Below, piece by piece: positions 35,784 to 50,563 of a stretch of DNA of 64,000 nt. The translations under genes and the position numbers were made by a program. Numbering within the stretch: position 1 is the first letter of the stretch; the number at the start of each line of letters is the position of its first letter. Below the pieces are notes generated by a model that was given only the letters and a program-made list of their open reading frames with translations, did no database searches and was not told the origin of the DNA. This DNA is from Azolla caroliniana (lineage: Eukaryota > Plantae > Polypodiophyta): assembly GCA_043228905.1 (NCBI GenBank), contig JBHGNT010000001.1, forward strand, positions 35,278,001-35,342,000, read 5' to 3'.

Positions 35784-36299
35784 GTAAATATTGAGGCATT
35801 TCTTTTGCGTGTTTTTCTCTCTCGATCCCTTTGATTTCCAATAGCTAGTTCCATTACTCTAATTCATTGTTGAAAACCTCCTCTTATTTGCCATTGGAAT
35901 TATTTTGAATGGCTCATTTGACCAAAATACTTGTATATATTTCAAATTTGCTCATGAACTATTTGGACCTTATACATTATGATATGTATATAGATAAGAG
36001 TCATAAATTGACTAAATCCAGCCGCTTTAATACAACAAAGAGAACTCTAACATCTTCCAAGTAGTATATGGAGCATTTTGCAACCCTTGTGCACAAAACA
36101 ACAATGCACACACATGTAATTTCAATTGCCATAAACCAAGTTGTGGCTCTTTGAAACCATTGTCATGCCCAAACTCATGATTGGGTTAGAAAACTAGGAT
36201 TTAAGAGGACTACCATACGCATAGATGGCCACTCTCAAATTAAAAAAAACCCATTAAACGAATATTGGGATGGTTGGGAGCAGAAGAAAATTCCATTCA

Positions 36300-37680
36300 C
36301 CATATCAATATCACCCTTGTGGCAAAGCAATGTCATCAATGCCACATGAGCTCGTCATAGCAATAATTGTGACAAAGCCAATGGTAATTGAATGTCTAGA
36401 GAAGATAGGATTAACAACGTTGAAATATATGAGCTCCACCTTCCATGTTGTAAATATAATTGTATCTATGTGCTGATTTCTTTCACGACCATGATGTGCA
36501 ATGCCAAACATAATGTTCGTCAACAAAATTCTTGAACATAAATTCAGAAGCAATACATGCAAATATTTTGTTTTTGGATAGGCATCCAAGGACGACAATA
36601 AAATCTATTTACTCTCTCTTTCATTTCTATGTTGCTCTTGCATGCCGTTAGAATATTCTCCTAGTTGTTTGCATGTCTTCTCGCTTCTCTTGCCTTTACC
36701 ACAAATGAAAGAGTGGGATAACCCTCCCCCATGCACTAACATGTTTTATTGTTCTCACATGATCATGCATACAAGAGTGTGTAATAGGTGACAGGTTTGG
36801 TTGGTTTGCATCAATGCCAAAAAACATATCGTAACACTATCTGTGTTATAATCAATCTATAAAGCATTTCATTGTGCATGTTTTCTTCGTGTATTTTATT
36901 TGAAATAGAGCATTAACGGCAAAAAACATGTTGTAATACATTATAGGTGTTATAACAAAACTATCTACTATAGTAAAACATTTTTTTGATTTTTTCGTTG
37001 TGTAGATCACATGGATAATCTCAATGTTCATGATTTCAATATTTTTTACCATGATTTGTGACTTTAGCAATGCATATACGCATTGATGCTTTAGAATTGT
37101 ATTTACTCGTAATGGCACTTTTATTGGCAAAAAGTTTAACATCAAGAAAAAACATTTCAGTAAGTTTTGGTAAAACCACCACGAAGAAATCATTTTGTTG
37201 TGGTGCATGATTTGTTTAAATGATATGAGCTCAATTTTTGAAATCAAACTAACCATGAGATAGTTAATGTTTATGAATTTGGTTATAATATTTACGTTAT
37301 CCATGATTAATGTGCCTGAGAGGTTGAGTTGTCTACAATCGCACGTTTGTCATTTGACTGTATAGTGCACCAATGATGTCAAAGTAGTAAATGATGGCGG
37401 CTCCTCTATTCTAGAATATGTAATTGTGAAGGAATTCTAGAATCTTGCGCGCATGTAGTATTTTGCTACCTCTCTCCATCAATTGTTTCCTACAATAAAT
37501 TATACCCATGTTTTCTTGAATGTTGCTTGTAAAGTTGCTCATTGCTTTATCGTTGCATAAATGTGAAGCGGGTCGTTACCAAAATGAGAGTCGTGTTGGA
37601 TACAATAAATTTTTTAATTACATAAACACCAAGAAAACAAGATCTACAATAGCAAGCGACATCAACATGGCCGGGGGTAA
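36300..37680 (-). mobile_element. Possible highly decayed DNA-transposon (hAT-like) coding remnant
   Basis: Weak fragments on the minus strand (..CFFLMLNFL..KVPL, ..QLMERG.KI) recall hAT transposases. No TIR or TSD found. Confidence 0.25.
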
Positions 37681-38254
37681 ACATCTTGCTTAGGTGTTGG
37701 GGCTGTTCCTTTTTGGCATCCAAATTTTAGAAAATAGCTTATCATACTTTTGTGTAAGGTTGACAACTTTCAACTTTGAGTTGAATCCACTTGTGTCTAT
37801 CATAGAAGCGGGTTGGAGTATTCTTTTCTGTCATGTCCAAAGTTTTGAAGCCTTTAAAACCCATTCATATATGTACATACACAACATATAATCATAAGAA
37901 TGTTATTGCTCTTATCGAAGCTTTGGGATGTATAAGGTTTTGTATTAATATTGTACTATTAATTTCAGAAAATTGAAAAACTATGTGAAAACTTTAGTTT
38001 GCTAGTCAATGCGTCAATGCCTCAAGCATCCACATGGTGAGGGGTATAAGAAAATAATTAATACATAATTAGCATCATAAATTTTGATTTTCTTATTCAT
38101 CAAAGAATTTTGAAGCATACCCCCCCCCCCCCCCCCCCCCCTTTTACATATCTAATTGTCATTATTTTTATTTGTTTCTAGATTTGAGGGAAATTTGTCT
38201 TATGTTCATAGACCAGATTTGTATATATTAGAGCTCCAATATATATGAATCTTC

Positions 38255-38560
38255 ACACTAGAAAAATATATGCACGCCTGTTCGAATGAAAGAAATCGTC
38301 GACACTCTAGAAGGACAATGAGCTTGAATAGGCATGCTTCACACTAGAAAGTAGGAAGATGTATTGTCACATAAAAGGAAATGTTGTTACTTGGCTACGA
38401 ACTGTCCACACTAGAAAAATATATGCATGCCTATTAGAATGAAAGAAATCGTTTGCACTCTAGAAGGACAATGAGGTCAAATAGGCGGCTAGGCCTGCTT
38501 CACACTAGAAAGTAGGAAGATGTATTGTCACATAAAAGGAAATCTTGTTACTTGACTATG
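38255..38560. repeat. ~155-165 bp tandem duplication
   Basis: CACACTAGAAAAATATATGCA..GAATGAAAGAAATCGT..CACACTAGAAAGTAGGAAGATGTATTGTCACATAAAAGGAAAT occurs twice. Confidence 0.9.
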
Positions 38561-39737
38561 AACCAATGTAAAAACATGTGGAGATAAGCAAAGTCTAAGT
38601 GCATTGACTTTTTATTATGTTAAATTGACCTTCTTAGTGTGTATCCAATTAAGTTTCCTACTCCAAAAGAGGGGATTTGTTAGTGCAAGGGCCCAAATAT
38701 TAGCCAACACATAATTCATTAAGTATCTTTTCATCTTGTTCATCGACAATACAAAGTAATGAAACGAAATGTGCATCTTCATGTATATTTTGAAATTTGT
38801 CCTGAGATTCGTCTTCTCCCTATTCATAAAAAATATGCATGCCTATAAGAACGCAAGAAAACATTTTAAAATGTTGTGCACCATTACTTGTGATTATGAT
38901 CATCATTGTAATATAATCTATGCAATGTGTCATTGTACCCTTGTCAAGAAGAAAAAACATGAATAATATACCTACTCATTTATATCTAGACCTCTTATTT
39001 CAATGGCAAGTCACCTTACATTTGCATGTTTGGCATTTTGAGGATTGTGATTGCTTTATTGTAAAAAACAAGCTAGTTTGAAGTCTTGAAGGCCGTTGTT
39101 GTAACATGCTGCTAAAGTAGACCCAAGATCCAACACATTTTGAAATCTTCTCATACACATATGATTCAACTACATTATGAATGCCCAGAACCATAAAAAA
39201 ATGAAAAGACGCCTAATATGTGGCATTCACCAAGAACCTCTCTTTCAACCACTTGCAAATGAGGAATCTGATGCGAAATGGTGAAAGCTTTTGATCGGGC
39301 CACGTGAATTATGGGTATGAATGATCTTCGCGTCCCATAAGGAAGTTGTCCCGAGCTCGCATCGATCGGGACCGATGGTTTTGGGGGACATAGTGACAGA
39401 CACTAGAGATCATGGCATGAAAAGAGATGAAGAAGCGACGGACGGGCGAGTGGGTTGAGGGTTGCAACATCAATCACAACAACAAGAAGACAAAATAAAA
39501 ATAAAAAAAGGCACGAGATATGCATGATTTTATTGTTTTGCTGGGGGGAGGGGGTAGAAGAGGTATGGTCAATGAAGTACGAAGTATGTGGTTGACAAGG
39601 AAGAAGAGTGACACAAACCATTTCCATTCTTATATTAACAATATTCTACTTGGAAAGGAAGTCTAAAGAAACAAAGAAGGGAAGGAAGAAAACACACACT
39701 ATTCTAGTGGAATCAAGCATTAGACACTCCCTCACCA

Positions 39738-42408
39738 ATGTCCGGCCAAGTTGTCATGTCCCCTACAGCTACCTCCCCTCTAAACCATACCACCCCTGCT
39801 GCCAATTCTCATCCAATTAAGGCACCATCGCACCCCCCATCCAAACCCGAACACGAACACATCTTCCGGTCTCCCCTCCCCGATATCGACATCCCCACCC
39901 ACCTCTCCCTTCCCGACTACATCTTCGAGAATGCATCCCTATACCCTCACAAGCCCTGCCTCATCGATCACTTGTCCGGGAGGACCTACTCGTACGCGGA
40001 GGTCCGGCTCCTCTCACGCCAAGTCGCATCTGGCCTCTCCCGCCTCGGGATCTCCCGGGGCGATGTCGTCATGCTCCTTCTACCCAATTGCCCCGAATTC
40101 GTCTTCCTATTCATTGGGGCTGCCATGCGGGGCGCGGTTATCACCACTGCCAACCCGCTCTACAAGCCCGATGAGATTCATCGGCAAGTTCGATCGGCTC
40201 ACGCCCGGCTTATCGCCATGCAAGCCGCCTACGTGGAAAAGATCGCACGAGAATGCGATCAGGACGTCCGAATCCTTACCGTAGATGGTGCTCTCGATGG
40301 TGTCACACACATCTCCTCCCTCCTCGAGTGTGATGGTACGGCATTTGTCCAGGACGTGGACAATGATGATGATGCGCCCATCAGCCCGGACGACATTGTC
40401 GCCCTTCCATACTCCTCAGGTACCACCGGCCTCCCCAAGGGCGTCATGCTCACGCACCGAAGCTTGATCACTTCGGTGGCCCAACAAGTGGACGGCGAGA
40501 ATCCGAACATTCACTACACTGCCGACGATGTAGTCCTATGTGTCCTTCCCCTCATTCACATCTTCAGCTTGAATTCAGTGCTCCTTTGTGCTCTCCGGGC
40601 CGGGGCCGCCATCGCGATTATGCAAAGGTTCGAGATCGTGAACCTTCTTCAGTTCATTCAAAGGCATCGGATCACTATGATGGCGGTCGTGCCGCCCATC
40701 GTGCTCGCGATCACGAAATGCCCCATTGTAGATCAATTCGATCTGTCGAGTGTGAAGAAGGTCCTGTCCGGTGCTGCCCCCATGGGGAAAGAGCTCGAAG
40801 ATGCATTCCGCACACGTTTGCCAAATGCGATCATAGGCCAAGTAAAATGCCATTCTTTGACTAACATGATCTAGATTTTGTTCATTCAGTTATATGCAAA
40901 GGGTTCATTTCTCTTTGATGGCTTTTTACTTAATGCAACGTATTGAGGGAGAGTCAAGAGAGAGTGCACACACACATATATATAAGGAAGGTATCTAGAT
41001 GTAACAAGGTATTTGAAGGTAAGCCCTTATGATTCGTTCATTTCCAGCCTTAAGGTTTAGATGCCTTCTGACTTCTTGGTCAATGTCTTACAAGTGTTTT
41101 GATGTGTGATCAATTTTCTTGGGTTAACTTAATTGTGCGAACATTGGGACAATGTTTCATTTTAGGGTTACGGAATGACCGAGGCCGGACCGGTGCTCTC
41201 CATGTGCCTATCCTTTGCCAAGCACCCAACCCCAGTAAAACCAGGGTCCTGTGGAACGGTTGTCAGGAATGCGGAGATGAAGATTGTCGATACGGATTCA
41301 GGTGCATCTCTCACGTACAACCAATCTGGTGAGATATGCATCCGAGGCAAGCAAATAATGAAAGGTATGACAATATCCCCCACCCTTCATCTCCTACTCG
41401 TACATGTGTCAGAAGGACTCGTGGGTTTACTCATAGAGGATAATGACACAATTTTGGTGGGTTCATTTGTGCATGATAGGCTATTTCAACAACCCGGATG
41501 CAACAAACTTTACTATTGACAAAGATGGGTGGTTGCACAGTGGAGATGTAGGCTATGTGGATGAGGATGGGGAGGTTTTCATTGTCGACCGAGTGAAGGA
41601 AATCATAAAGTATAATGGCTACCAGGTACAACTACTAGTACCTAAACATAATGCAATTTGGGTTGGTAGGACAAGGAAGCAAAAACGTTATGTATCCCTT
41701 TTTATGGAGACAACATAAAATATAAAGATATAGCGGCTTAATCACGTGTGTGAGAAAAGACACAAAAGAAAAGAAAAACAAACATGTAAAATAATGGTGG
41801 TGTTGTTTTTGGAAGCACACATATACGACAAATGTAAAGATTCATTGTTTTCTTTTTTGGTTGAAACGAAGGTGCCACCTGCAGAGTTGGAGGCCATGCT
41901 CATTGTCCACTTAGAAATTCATGATGCAGCAGTTGTTCCGTAAGTTCAACACTCTTTATTTGTGTGGCATTGCGTTGCTTTTGTTGTGTATGACATATGT
42001 GGTGTGTGTGTGTGTGTGTTCCATAATTGGATTGCATAGAGAACCTGATGAAGATGTAGGGGAGCTTCCTGTTGCCTTTGTGGTGAGGTCTAATGGATCA
42101 AACATATCAGAAGAGGAGATCAAACAATATATTGCCAAAAAAGTAAGAAACAAAGGAGATATATTTTGCTTTATAAAGATATAAAAACTAGAGTGACAAC
42201 TGGGTAAAAAAAGGTAAGAGTAAAAACTTGTGGGTTATTTACTTTTATTGCTTAGGTTGTGTTCTACAAGAGGATCCGCAAAGTCTATTTTGTTGACGCT
42301 ATACCCAAGTCTCCAACTGGCAAGATATTGAGAAGAGAACTCAGGAAGAAGCTTGCAGAGGATGCATTCACCCTTGGAAGATCAACAACACCCATGCACA
42401 CAAAATGA
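39738..42408 (+). CDS. 4CL: 4-coumarate:CoA ligase, six exons
   Basis: Exons 39738-40841, 41166-41364, 41480-41625, 41872-41939, 42040-42142, 42256-42408. Box [19 protein letters not shown], Box [26 protein letters not shown]. No C-terminal PTS1. Confidence 0.95.
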
Positions 42409-44787
42409 AAATTTGATATGAAAATGTGATCAAAGAATATAATTTCCCAATTCACTCATATTTCATTCTATTATTGTAACTCACTCATATGCATATATGT
42501 ATGTAACTCCCATCCTCTTAATAACTCTCTAGAAGGCACCCTAGTGCTTACCTAATCCAATGAATGATAAAAAACAACGTCTTCAAAATTTCCTAAACCC
42601 TACTATCCCCAATGACATATGTACATATATATAATCATGGTATGCTTCTAGCAATCATATCAACCTTAAACGATGGCAGTTTTGTGCTCACACTCTATGT
42701 TTTGGTCACTGTATTTGGGTTTGTAAATTGTAAATTGTCTCCCATATTTTGTCATATATGGGTTTCTCTTCCCTAAATTGCAATACTGTAGTATCTTGGG
42801 TTCCTGTTATTCTGTGCCTTCTTATTGTCTCCAGTACAAACCTTAGGACATTTGATGAGACCAATATGATTGAACCACAACAACTAATCACATTGCTTTT
42901 TGGGTCTAAAAAACATATCCATAACCAACGTCCCTATTATACACCCATTAGCTAGAAGTAGTATATCATATCATCTTTCTTTTGTCTTTAATAGTTTTTC
43001 CCTCTACTCCTCCAACCTCCACATAAACAACCAACCAATAAAAACGTTTGTATCTCTTCCACCAATATATTTTTCTTTTTGAGGGTATGAAAGGAACTTA
43101 CATCTCCCACCACCTATTGCAAATGCCTCGTTTGAATGGTGAGACATATAGTTGAATCAATACATTTTTCCCTTCGTCCTTTTTCATAGTGCAAAAGCCG
43201 CCTAATTAGCACATTAAGGGTTTGCCTTTTAGGTCTAATATCACCCTCATTGGGTTAGTATGTTAGTTTTTATTCTTTGGCGTATTGTAAAACTGTGCAC
43301 TTATGAACCCCGACCATTTGGAGGGTATATTTAATAAAATTAAATCGAATAAAGTGGCATGTTAAGGTCTTCCTCATCAAAATATTTTAGGTCACTCGCA
43401 TTGGACTAAATGATATGATAATCAAATATTCTAATATGATGTTACAATTTTCAAATCTTAAATCGTTTTTGTAGCTAGAGTCTCTCAAGACATGTATTAA
43501 AACTTATCTACTTCTAGAATTGCCCTTTAAAATTAAAGTGGGAACGTATTCTAGTCTTAAATCATGTTTGGTTCTCACAAGATTATTTTGTTGTCTCGAT
43601 TTAGTTCATCATGGGAAAGAAAGAAACATCATTTATCTTACTTAGAAAACTCTAGCTCTCTCATTTGCCCATAGTCACAAAAAGAAAGGGTTGTGCACCC
43701 TTTACTCAAACAATTAGAAGAAAATGAGGCACTTTATCTATTTTTGTACAAAACTTGTTGCCGTGCTATACGAATTAAAAAATTATTCACACTAAATTCA
43801 CACAAATGTGGACGCCTTGTGTGACATTGGCCATAAAACTAATAACATGGGCATTCTTGGTAGGCAGTAGGAAAAATGCTCTATGTCGAAGCAACTTGAT
43901 GCACACAATATAGGGAATCCTTCTCCCAAAGAGCTCCCCCCCTCAATTGCCAATCAAGAATTTTCAAGATTTCATTAACCTTTTAGAAATAAAAGAGAGA
44001 CTTGCAAATCTTGCATTTCATTTAATTTTGATGTACATGTATATATGTATGTATGAATATAAAGTGATGTATCATGATATATCCATGATGTTCTCAAGTA
44101 CATAACAAATGGTTGGTGAATACTACGCTCCAAACTATATGTTTCATTTCACACATATCAAAACACAATTATGCATCTTGACAACCACGGAAAAGAAAAC
44201 TTTTTCCATATCATTGGCTATTTTGTTTGTTATGATTTAAATCTATATATGGAAGTATGAGCACACTGTCATTTTCCAATGGGGGGAAGGGAAAGAGGCT
44301 CCAAAGACTTTCCAGTCTTATTAATACTTGTAATAAGAGTGTATACACACACACACACACACAAATACATATGTACATACATACATCGTTGAATATTGTC
44401 GTCTAGTAGCCCTATATTCTTTTTTGGACAGAAACTAGAGTACTGATGGGGAGACCATATGCATTGTGATCAAGTAGACAACTCTCACAAGGATGCCCTC
44501 CATAGGAAAAACACCAACCAAAAGCTCATTCACATTGTGCGCCACATGTGTCGATGGATCCGGAGAGCCACAAATGTGTGTAAGGCTTGAAACGAAGGTT
44601 GGTTAGATATGCAGTATTATCTATCTATCTATATGTATGCATACATGCATGCATGCATGCATGTATGTATGTATGCATACATACATATTAGATATGGCAT
44701 GTATCAGTATGTGATGAGACAGACCCCAGTCTGTCCTTGTCTTCTCTCCCTCTGTTTTTCCTCACGTCACACAGACACTGAGACACC

Positions 44788-47700
44788 ATGTCCTCTGTGG
44801 GTGTCCTCGCCCTGCAGGGCTCTTTCAACGAACACATTTCAAGTAAGTCCTTTGCCTTCTTATTCATCGTCCCCAGTGTATGCGTTTTCTCTATGTATGA
44901 GCCGGAAGGAGGAGAAATTCTCCTCCTATTTGATACTTCTTGTTGCTGCGTGCTTGTGTGGAGGACGGAAGGGGATGTTCCATAAGTTATGCCACAGAAA
45001 AGAGAAAAGAGAAAGAGAAAGGATGAAAGGGAAAGAGAAAGATAAAAGATATAAAGGAGATAACCAAAATCTTTCAATTGTGACACTGGTGGAACACAAA
45101 AATTACATGCCTAATGCATGTATTGGAGAACGGACTATATCACGTGATATCCTGTAAATACAAAGAATGACTGATGTCACACGAGAATGGTGGCCGGGGA
45201 TGTCATCTATAAATAACATTCAAATAAAAAATAGAGCATAAAATTCTAACAATAAAGCTAACAAAATTCTAATCTTTAGAAACATAGGAGGGCTGTGAGA
45301 GTAAATGAACGAATCAAAGGTCTGGACCATGGAAGTAGAGGATGGAGGCTATGGTAACAACCTCTTGAAACAATGGAAAACCTATGAGAATTTCAATATC
45401 GATCATGACCCAATAGGACCTATGTGGAGCAAAGCCTAACTTAAACTGGGGTTTAAAGAGTGATGAAGGATTTATTTCTAGTCAACAAAGTGGCATGGTT
45501 ATGTTGTGCTTCGGAGAGTCAGTGTGCATATTCAAACAGTTTCACCTCATCTAAATATTAGATAGTTTTTGTTGGCTCTAGTTTTGCTAGCCAGCAGCTC
45601 AATTGAGAAATGTTACTGGACTTTTGTGGTGATATAATCCTTTGCTATATTGTGTTTCTTATCAGGGCCTTGCATCGTTACTATTGTCAAGTGCGTTTTA
45701 ATGATGTTGAGTCAAATATATGTGTGCATCTGCCTATGATTACTGTTTTTGAGTGCGTTCATTGGTGAACCCATTTTTTCATTTCATGCATGCAGGTTTA
45801 AAAAATATAACGAAATTATAGTAATATTAATAGAAAGATGTGCTGAAGACTCCTTTCCCCCAAGACTGTATCATGAAAGATTGGGATTGTAGTTTCAAAA
45901 GGGAACTGAGAAACCAAGTTTTCTCATTTTAAACTATTCATATGTGCGTATAAATAAAATTTCTATAATCTATATGTGTATACAAATGTTTTCTATAGTA
46001 GGGAATATTTCCATATGTGCGTGGCTACTAGAGACTTTCTTGGGCTGCGGTTTTAAATATGATCTCTGTGTATTTGTTGTTGCCAAGTCTATCTACAATA
46101 ATATATTCATTTTAATGAGCACCACCTTTGGGCTGCTATTATTTCTGAAGATCTTTTGCCCGGCTGATACTATGCATGATGAAATTGATGCTATGTTGCA
46201 TCTTGAGCTGGGTGCTAGAAAGATGAAGGTGACATTTATATCTTGTCAATGTATTTCTATGTATAACTTATTATTTTATTTCCTGTATCCATATCAAGTT
46301 GTCAAAATTTAGAGTCTAAACACATTGAAACTTATGGAGTCATTGTGGTTATCTGGATGCAGCATTGAAGAAACTTGGAATAGAGGCAATTGAAGTTCGA
46401 AAGCCAGAGCAGTTGGAGACTCTCTCTGCGCTTATTATCCCTGGAGGAGAGAGCACAACCATGGCTAACCTTGCTGCACAATATAATCTTGTACACAACT
46501 AACTTCCATAAACTATGTGTGCAAATGTATGCTCCTTCTATCCCTACCTGTCCCCTTTTATTGCACGGAGGAGAAGGCAAAGGGAGAGAGGCCAAATTTG
46601 ACTTATGGGACCCCAAAACAATCCCACTGTACTAGAGATTTATATTTGTATAGCTTTGTACGAAACCGTCTTAGCAATGTGACTATCTAGGATTTAGCTT
46701 GAAGAACAAACATATTTCAGTATCAGCCTTGATTATTAGAATGGCTTGGATCTAGTTGCATCTCCTTTGTCATCTCATGCTGCATGTATCCATTAAAGTT
46801 TAGATATTCATGTCATAAATGTTCATTTCATTCAACCAGTAAGACAACAAAGTAGCTAAATATTTTATTGTATCCCAATTCTGAATGATTTCGAGATTAT
46901 CTTGTGACTATTTTAATCATAGTTAGCATGCATAAAGGTGATTTCTTTCTGTAAGGCTTAGGTTTAGCCACTCATCTACATTGCCATGTGTATTTTTTAT
47001 TGCAATTTCTCAGAAGTTTGTGTAGTGATTCGCTAACCATTATGGAAATTGAATGCAGATACCTGCCCTGAGAGAATTTGAAGTTTCTGGGAGACCAATA
47101 TGGGGCACTTGTGCAGGACTGATATTTTTGGCCAACAATGTAATTGGTATGTTGGATGGATTGGGGGATGTGTTGGGAACCTGCTACTGATGAATATATT
47201 TTTGACTTTCTGATGTTTTTCTTACGAAGTCTGCATGATTGAGATGTAGGACAAAAGCAAGGGGGGCAAGAACTGATTGGAGGCCTTGACTGCACCGTAC
47301 ATCGTAATTTCTTTGGTAGCCAGGTGTGAATTCTCACTGATTGATGTTCTGGAATATAAATCATATACTGAGCTATCCTGTATGGGACCTATACATAGTG
47401 GCATGGACTTCGTATGCATGAATAGTCACCCATTAGAAACACAAGAAGTGATTGCATCAAATTGTGGTGTCATGTTATATTTTACCTATAGTTTGGAAGA
47501 TATTTTCTATTTTATTGTATTCATAATCATAGGTTGGGGATTCTTTACATGCTTGGTATGTTTTAGATGAGGAGTCATAATATGCCCCTCTTTTTCTGAC
47601 TCCCGTAATCTTTATATACTCGGCATGTGTTTAGGTCACTGGAGGAGCATATATGACCTTCTTTGAATGCTTCTAGTCTTAAGACAGATATACTGACCTG

Positions 47701-49032
47701 CTGATTAATTCTACTCTAATTGTTTTGTGAGTTTCACCTCACATTGAGCTTTACCATCAGGAATATTTTTCTGACTCCCGTAATCTTTACATACTCGGCA
47801 TGTGTTTAGGTCACTGGAGGAGCATATATGACCTTTGAATGCTTCTAGTCTTAAGACAGATATACTGACCTGCCGATTAATTCCATTTTAAAATTGTTTT
47901 GTGAGTTTCACCTCACATTGAGCTTTACCTTCGGGAATATTTTCTACTTCAAAAAAGAAAAGTATCTGAAGACAAACTCGCCTTATGTTGTATTCCTAAC
48001 CAATGCATGTATTTTGATTATATATGGAAAACTGTTTATTTGAAGAAGTTCAACATTTTTACAGCTCAACAGTTTTGAGGTAGAGCTTGGTGTACCTTCA
48101 CTTGCTGCAGTCGAGGGAGGCCCTCCAACTTTTCGAGCGGTTTTTATACGGGCTCCTGCAATCTTAGAAGTAGGTCCGCAAGTTGAAGTGTTGGCTGATT
48201 ATGATGTTCCTGAGTCTCTAGTAAAGGTACATTCATATCTATTAAGGAGACATTTACTAACTAACTAAATGGAAAAAATGTGGAAATAACCTGAATTTTT
48301 CTTCATTTCCCCAAATGCCCTTGCATTGTTTCCCTGAATGCCCCTGGCCAACTCCTGAAAGAGATAAAAAGGGTATGAGTTAACCATTCATAATATTTAA
48401 ATAGTACATTCCATTGAGAAACAGAGACGAATCTGACCATATATGTGCTAAAATAGCTATCTAATTGCTCTAGAGAGAGTCAACCATGAGCATTTGGGGA
48501 AATAAAGAAATCTTTGCGGGTATTCTAGAGTTTTTCACTCAATAATTTTATTGCTTGGATAGATGTTATACATAGATTTACTTTTCAGGAAACAAACGTG
48601 GAAGCTCAGAAAGTAATAGTTGCTGTGAGGCAAGGAAATCTGTTGGCAACAGCCTTCCATCCAGAATTAACATCAGATACACGGTGGTAGGTTTTTTTTC
48701 TTTTCATTTGTTGCTTTCTAAAGTTTACTTGTTGCTATTTTCTTATTTTTACTTTGTACTGTTTGCTTAGTCATGCATGGGTTTGAACTTGAACGCCCAA
48801 TCTATGGCATATGTGCAGATTTCTAATGGTTTTTGTGTCTATCCAAAATTATCACATCAAGTCTTACCACTTTTGTAGGCATCAATTTTTCTTGCAAATG
48901 GTGGATGGAGGAAAACGGATCGATTCCATTGTACTAGCACAGCCAAATGAAAAGCTTCATTTACCGCACATTGTGCAACGCAAGGAGCTACCAATTTTCA
49001 TTGGGTCTGACCATTTAAATCTGGAATTATGA
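44788..49032 (+). CDS. PDX2: Pyridoxal 5'-phosphate synthase glutaminase subunit, seven exons
   Basis: Exons 44788-44842, 46363-46490, 47059-47146, 47250-47323, 48065-48226, 48589-48686, 48879-49032. Motifs [53 protein letters not shown]; Cys-His-Glu triad intact. Confidence 0.95.
47591..47945. repeat. Near-identical ~174 bp tandem duplication in PDX2 intron 4
   Basis: TTTTCTGACTCCCGTAATCTTTA..GTGAGTTTCACCTCACATTGAGCTTTACC occurs twice. Confidence 0.92.
48298..48512. mobile_element. MITE-like element in PDX2 intron 5
   Basis: Inverted termini TTTCTTCATTTCCCCAAATGC ... GCATTTGGGGAAATAAAGAAA. No clear TSD. Confidence 0.5.
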
Positions 49033-50563
49033 TTAATTTTAGATTATATGCTCTACTGGAGAAACATTAATATGTGTCTATATATAAATATATACTGCTG
49101 TCAGATGCTGACATTTTCATTTGTTTGGGTCGCTATGCGCATTTTCTAGTTTTTGATTAGTTGAATTTCAAGAAATGAAGGTCACACATTATTCTTTGTG
49201 ATATCAAGGTTTATACAATTGATTGAAATAAAGGAGAATTTTTTCTTTAAGGTGATTCCAATTTCCCTCCCATTCGAGGGTTCTCTTAAAAGTGTCCTTC
49301 AAAATTTCCAGGTGATAAGCTTGTGTGTGCTTTGCTTCCAGATATTGCAGTGCCTTGTTGATCTAGTTATGTAACCTATCCATCTTGAATCTAATCGTGT
49401 TTCGTTCTCTGTTTTCTTGAAAGGTTTGTTACAGGGCATATTAGTAGATCACAAATCTTGAGATTATGCCAGTTGTCTTTTATCCCTTCACATTGATTTT
49501 CTGAACCTTAATCCCTCAATATTCAAGGTTTCTCCATTATTTTGCACCGTTGCAATGATTTTAAAGAGAAATAATGGATCACCTTTACAATGATTTCAAA
49601 AAGAAAATTTTTAATTGGATTTAGAAAAGATATAAGGTGTCTTAAGCTGATTTGTGTTGTATCTGTTAGGTTCTGGGCCTAAATTTATATTGGATTGACA
49701 TTCTATCCACAACCATCAATGATAAATTGTGCACGTTTACAGCTTTACAGAGGAGTGGAAGACATGGTTTCCTAGGATTGCATGGATTGTGATGAATGCT
49801 TTCTTCTCGGCGCATTAGAACTTGTCTTGCACATAAAATTGTAAAGAGTTTGAATTTGAAGGATGAAGATTGCAACTTTGGAAATGTTTAGATGTATGGT
49901 AGCAAATGAGGTTATGGATTTTTTATCACACTACATATTTTGTGTTATGCATGGGCATGTTATTTATCTCATAAAGCAATCTGAAAGTGAGGAAACACGA
50001 ACCACACATTGCATTCATCCTACAAGACAACTGTGTTGAGAGAGTTTCTCAATTTGATGTTATGCACACCTCTTTGTGAAATGATACATGCGAACATCTA
50101 CGATTAGTGAGAAAATGTTGAACTCAAATACTCACATAATCGGTTTAGAACTCTATTATTGTCAGATGTTTTGCATGCCTATCGATGCTTTGGCAAAGAA
50201 TTGATGTAATCAATGCAAACACTCTATTTTCTTGGCAGTAACATGAATGGGGACCCCCCCCACTTTTGTTTAATCTAATAAGTGGCGAGAATTTTGTGAA
50301 TGATGTGCAAAGCTACACACTACATTATTATTGTTTAACTAATCTCTTGTGAAGAGGAACAATAAATGATTAGTTCAATGATTGGAATGTGGCGAGTTTA
50401 GTTCCGTTCCACGTTGAGGAACAAAATGTATTATTAAGGAAGAAGATGAGCAACTTTGTAGTTTTGCAAAACCAGAGGGTCAAGATTGAGAAACTGGTTT
50501 AATGTTGATGTAATTTGGCAAACAATGAAAATTCTGATGGGTTTTAACAGCAAGACAAAGACG

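Noticed and set aside
38120-38141. Long poly-C run (G-quadruplex potential)
   Set aside because: Isolated homopolymer of uncertain length with no supporting context.
11619-49032. NCED, 4CL and PDX2 as a biosynthetic gene cluster
   Set aside because: They belong to unrelated pathways (ABA, phenylpropanoid, vitamin B6) and are separated by unrelated genes.
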